From Tilletiaria anomala UBC 951 (Eukaryota), in the NCBI RefSeq assembly GCF_000711695.1, contig NW_013547016.1, positions 62,001-126,000 on the forward strand: a DNA stretch of 64,000 nt, in the 5' to 3' direction. The notes beneath the pieces were generated by a model. That model saw nothing but the letters and a program-made list of their open reading frames with translations. It had not been told where the DNA came from and did no database searches. The translations under genes were made by a program, and so were the position numbers. Positions 61,502 to 64,000 of the stretch are shown here, one piece after another (within the stretch, counting starts at the first letter, position 1; each line of letters starts with the position of its first letter).

Positions 61502-62627
61502 AGTCATGACGCGGCCATTGCCGGAACTTCTGTCCTGCCCCATCAAACAAGAGGTCTGCAGGCCTTTTGAAAGTTCGAATAGCTGTTTACCGCGCTGTAA
61601 ATCATTTTCACGCCTGTCCAATTTAGCCACCTGTGAATCAGCGGGAGCTGGACCCTCTATCAGCTTGCCTAGACCGAGCTTGGGCAAATGGCGCACGAAA
61701 AGGCGTCACGCATCGCAACGGCAGAAGCACCTCGTATTTTCATTTTTCAATGTCATGGGTGCTGTGGACAAGCAGCTCACGAGGGACCATCTCGTCCCAC
61801 TTCTCAAGGCATCGGCAAGCAAGCAACCAACCAGTCAACAGACCAACCAACAGTTCTTTGGGATGCCCAAGACAGCCAGTTCGAGTATGGGTTCACGCAA
61901 TGCCAGACAACGTAGATACGCTCGTAGCTACGACGTTGAGGAGCACTGATTAGGTGCTCCTCACGCGATGTTGGCATGCACTACGAGCCCGCTGTCGGAT
62001 GCAGAAGCCCATTCGCGTTCGTGTTGTGCTCTGGTGGATTCTTCGATGTGATTGCAAGAGCGCACGTGAACGAATGCGAGCAGAATCGATGGAACCGAGG
62101 TGTGAAGGAGTGATGAGGCTTTGACGTGGGTGGAAGACGAAGAGGTTACCCGCTAGGTTGTCCGGAGCCGAACAAGAGCCGTAAGCAATGAGAGAGCTCA
62201 CACGAGAGAGATAATTGACTGCACAACCTCAACGCTGACGTGATTTGTCATCTGCCCGTCTCCCTATCGCCGAGCAGCTGGCCAGGGGGATCCTCATCCA
62301 GGATCTGGATGATCGGGGTGCTGATAGATCCACCGACCGTCGAGGCCTGCTCTTCATTCAGGGCTGTTCAAGCAACAGGGCGTCCCTTATTGATGTATCC
62401 AGCTGCCTGCGGATCTGTTCAACAGCCCGGGAGTTTTGTGATTGAGAGGTTCCTCCAACCACCCCATTGCTAGACACATGTGTTGCACTCATTGCTCGAC
62501 TTGCCGTCGTTTCGTTGATTCTGGTAGGCACTCAGCTTTGAGCGCAATCAACCTAGCTCGAACAAGGAAAGCAGCGGCATTGCATATCTCCGCTCAGCCC
62601 ACATCGCAGCATCCGCTAGCGACGAGC

Positions 62628-63502
62628 ATGGGCTCCGGCGACGACAGCCGCACCCCGCTACTTCAGACCGCCCATCAACCCGCCGCTGCGAGCGTAGACC
62701 AGCTTGATCAAGGGAGCACAATGGCCGAGGTGTACAAGCGCCGCAATCTTGGCTCCAGTGCGCGGCTCGCACAGGTGAGGTTGAGAGCACCTTTCCTGTT
62801 GTACAGCTGTGTTTGAGGCGGCCGACTCATGCCGATCGCTCCACCTTCCCTTTCCTTACTACCCGCTTCATGTGGGGGCTGGTGCATGGTTGAGGGCAGG
62901 CTGTCGTTTTCGCCTTCGTAGCTCTGATCTGGTCGCTCATCTTCACCAAGCTACCCTTCCCCCTGCCGCTGTTCGGGTACCACCCTCTGATCCAATCGCT
63001 CGCGCTCATCTCGCTCGTGCAATCCGTGCTGGTCCTGCAGCCGACGAACACACCGCAAGCCAAAGCGATCGGCCTGAGCGTGCACCAGACGCTCAACCTG
63101 CTGCTCATGCTCCCGCTTTTCACGGCCGGCGCGGGCATCATGTACTACCTGCACGGCCAGCCTGGAACAAAGCACTTCATCTCCTGGCACGGTACGCTCG
63201 GCTTCACCGTCGTCGTGCTCGCCTGGCTGCAAGCCGCCCTTGGCGCCGCCAGTGTCTGGTTCAACGGTGCCGCGCTCGGCGGCGAGCGGCCCGCCAAGGC
63301 GGCGTGGAAGTGGCATCGCCTGTCGGGATACGTCCTGCTCCTCCTCTTCCACCTCACGTTCGCGCTCGCCGTGTGGGAGACGACATGGGGCAAGCAAAAT
63401 GCAAGCACAATTTACCACGTCGCAGCCGTCGCACTTCTGCTCGCGCTGGGAGTCACGATCTTTTCCCGTCTTAGGCCCAGCAAGTTGCCAAAGCTTGCGT
63501 GA
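62628..63502 (+). CDS. Eukaryotic cytochrome b561 family membrane protein. Exons 62628-62774 and 62900-63502
   Basis: Heme-ligand His motifs GYHPLIQ, VHQTLN, HFISWHGTLG and KWHRLSGY, with about six TM segments. Confidence 0.9.
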
Positions 63503-63597
63503 ACGTAGCATATCTACAACTTCACGCCCCGTGCCCCCTACAATACCCATGTATACCTTCAATCGCGTCATCATCTATTGCATTGCAACTGCCAAAT

Positions 63598-64000
63598 CTA
63601 TACTGGCGGCAGAGGCGCACGGCACTGCGGGCACTCTGTCTTGACCTGCAGCCATTGCTCCAGGCAAGAGGTGTGGAAGATGTGGTGGCACTATCAGAGC
63701 GTAGGCATGGTGTGCAAAGTCAGCATCGAGATGGGATGCGAGCAAAGTTTAACAACAAGCCCATCTCTAGCACTCACAGGCGTGACCATCACATTGTGCC
63801 GTGCAGATAGCTGCATGGTGCGCGGTAGCCCCCTGATCAGAGGTTGAGCTAGTATTGCGAGCGGCGCGAACCATCGTCCTGGTAAGGTCGACGCGCTCCT
63901 CCGCTGGAGACCGCTCCTAGCACGCCGTGTCGATGAGCCAGACTCTTCAGCTTTGTCGTTACCGGAAAGTAAGCCTTGTAGTTCCGGCTCCGCTGCTTCT
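63598..64000 (-). CDS. 3' end of a RING-H2 E3 ligase, Tul1/Dsc1-like (partial). Intron 63777-63691
   Basis: Joined exons read VMVTP|CHHIFHTSCLEQWLQVKTECPQCRAPLPPV*. This gene is absent from the supplied ORF track. Confidence 0.85.

Noticed and set aside
1..64000. tRNA, rRNA, CRISPR array, intact transposase/RT genes or a secondary-metabolite cluster
   Set aside because: I saw no cloverleaf, repeat-spacer pattern, DDE/RT motifs or PKS/NRPS backbone gene by eye. tRNAscan-SE, Infernal and RepeatMasker would be needed to exclude them formally.
6360..64000. Proteostasis cluster (cullin, F-box, HAC1, Tul1)
   Set aside because: The genes are far apart and interleaved with unrelated ones, which is consistent with chance in a compact fungal genome.

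Overview
Eukaryotic, intron-rich, GC-rich fungal DNA. GTGAGT/GTGCGT donors, CTGAC-type branch points and a Cib1-like bZIP point to a basidiomycete, probably a smut relative (Ustilaginomycotina); this is inference. The window holds about 18 protein-coding genes: a TKL/LISK-like kinase (partial), a branched-chain aminotransferase, a cullin (Cul4-like), a fatty-acid hydroxylase/sterol desaturase, peroxisomal ECH1, a small secreted protein, a Gln/Pro/Gly-rich glycine-zipper protein, a HAC1/Cib1 bZIP, a C2H2 transcription factor, a CE4 chitin deacetylase, a poly-Q ARID protein with a Med15-like region, an F-box/WD40 protein, a CaMKK-like kinase, a GT4 glycosyltransferase, ATP5, a BMT5-like methyltransferase, cytochrome b561 and the 3' end of a Tul1/Dsc1 RING ligase. 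Decayed gene fragments lie at 13-20 kb and 57-58 kb, and a gene-poor, TA-rich stretch at 24.4-29.8 kb. The strongest hidden signal is a 20-nt non-spliceosomal Ire1-type intron (23099-23118) between two CNGCAGN hairpins; its removal fuses the bZIP ORF to a downstream frame. Other leads are a CACGTG/CACGTT cluster upstream of an SQD2/MgtA-like GT4 (possible phosphate-starvation glycolipid module) and an ARID plus Med15-like domain fusion. I saw no tRNA, rRNA, CRISPR array or intact transposon. Exon boundaries were worked out by hand, and family calls come from motif recognition, not database searches.
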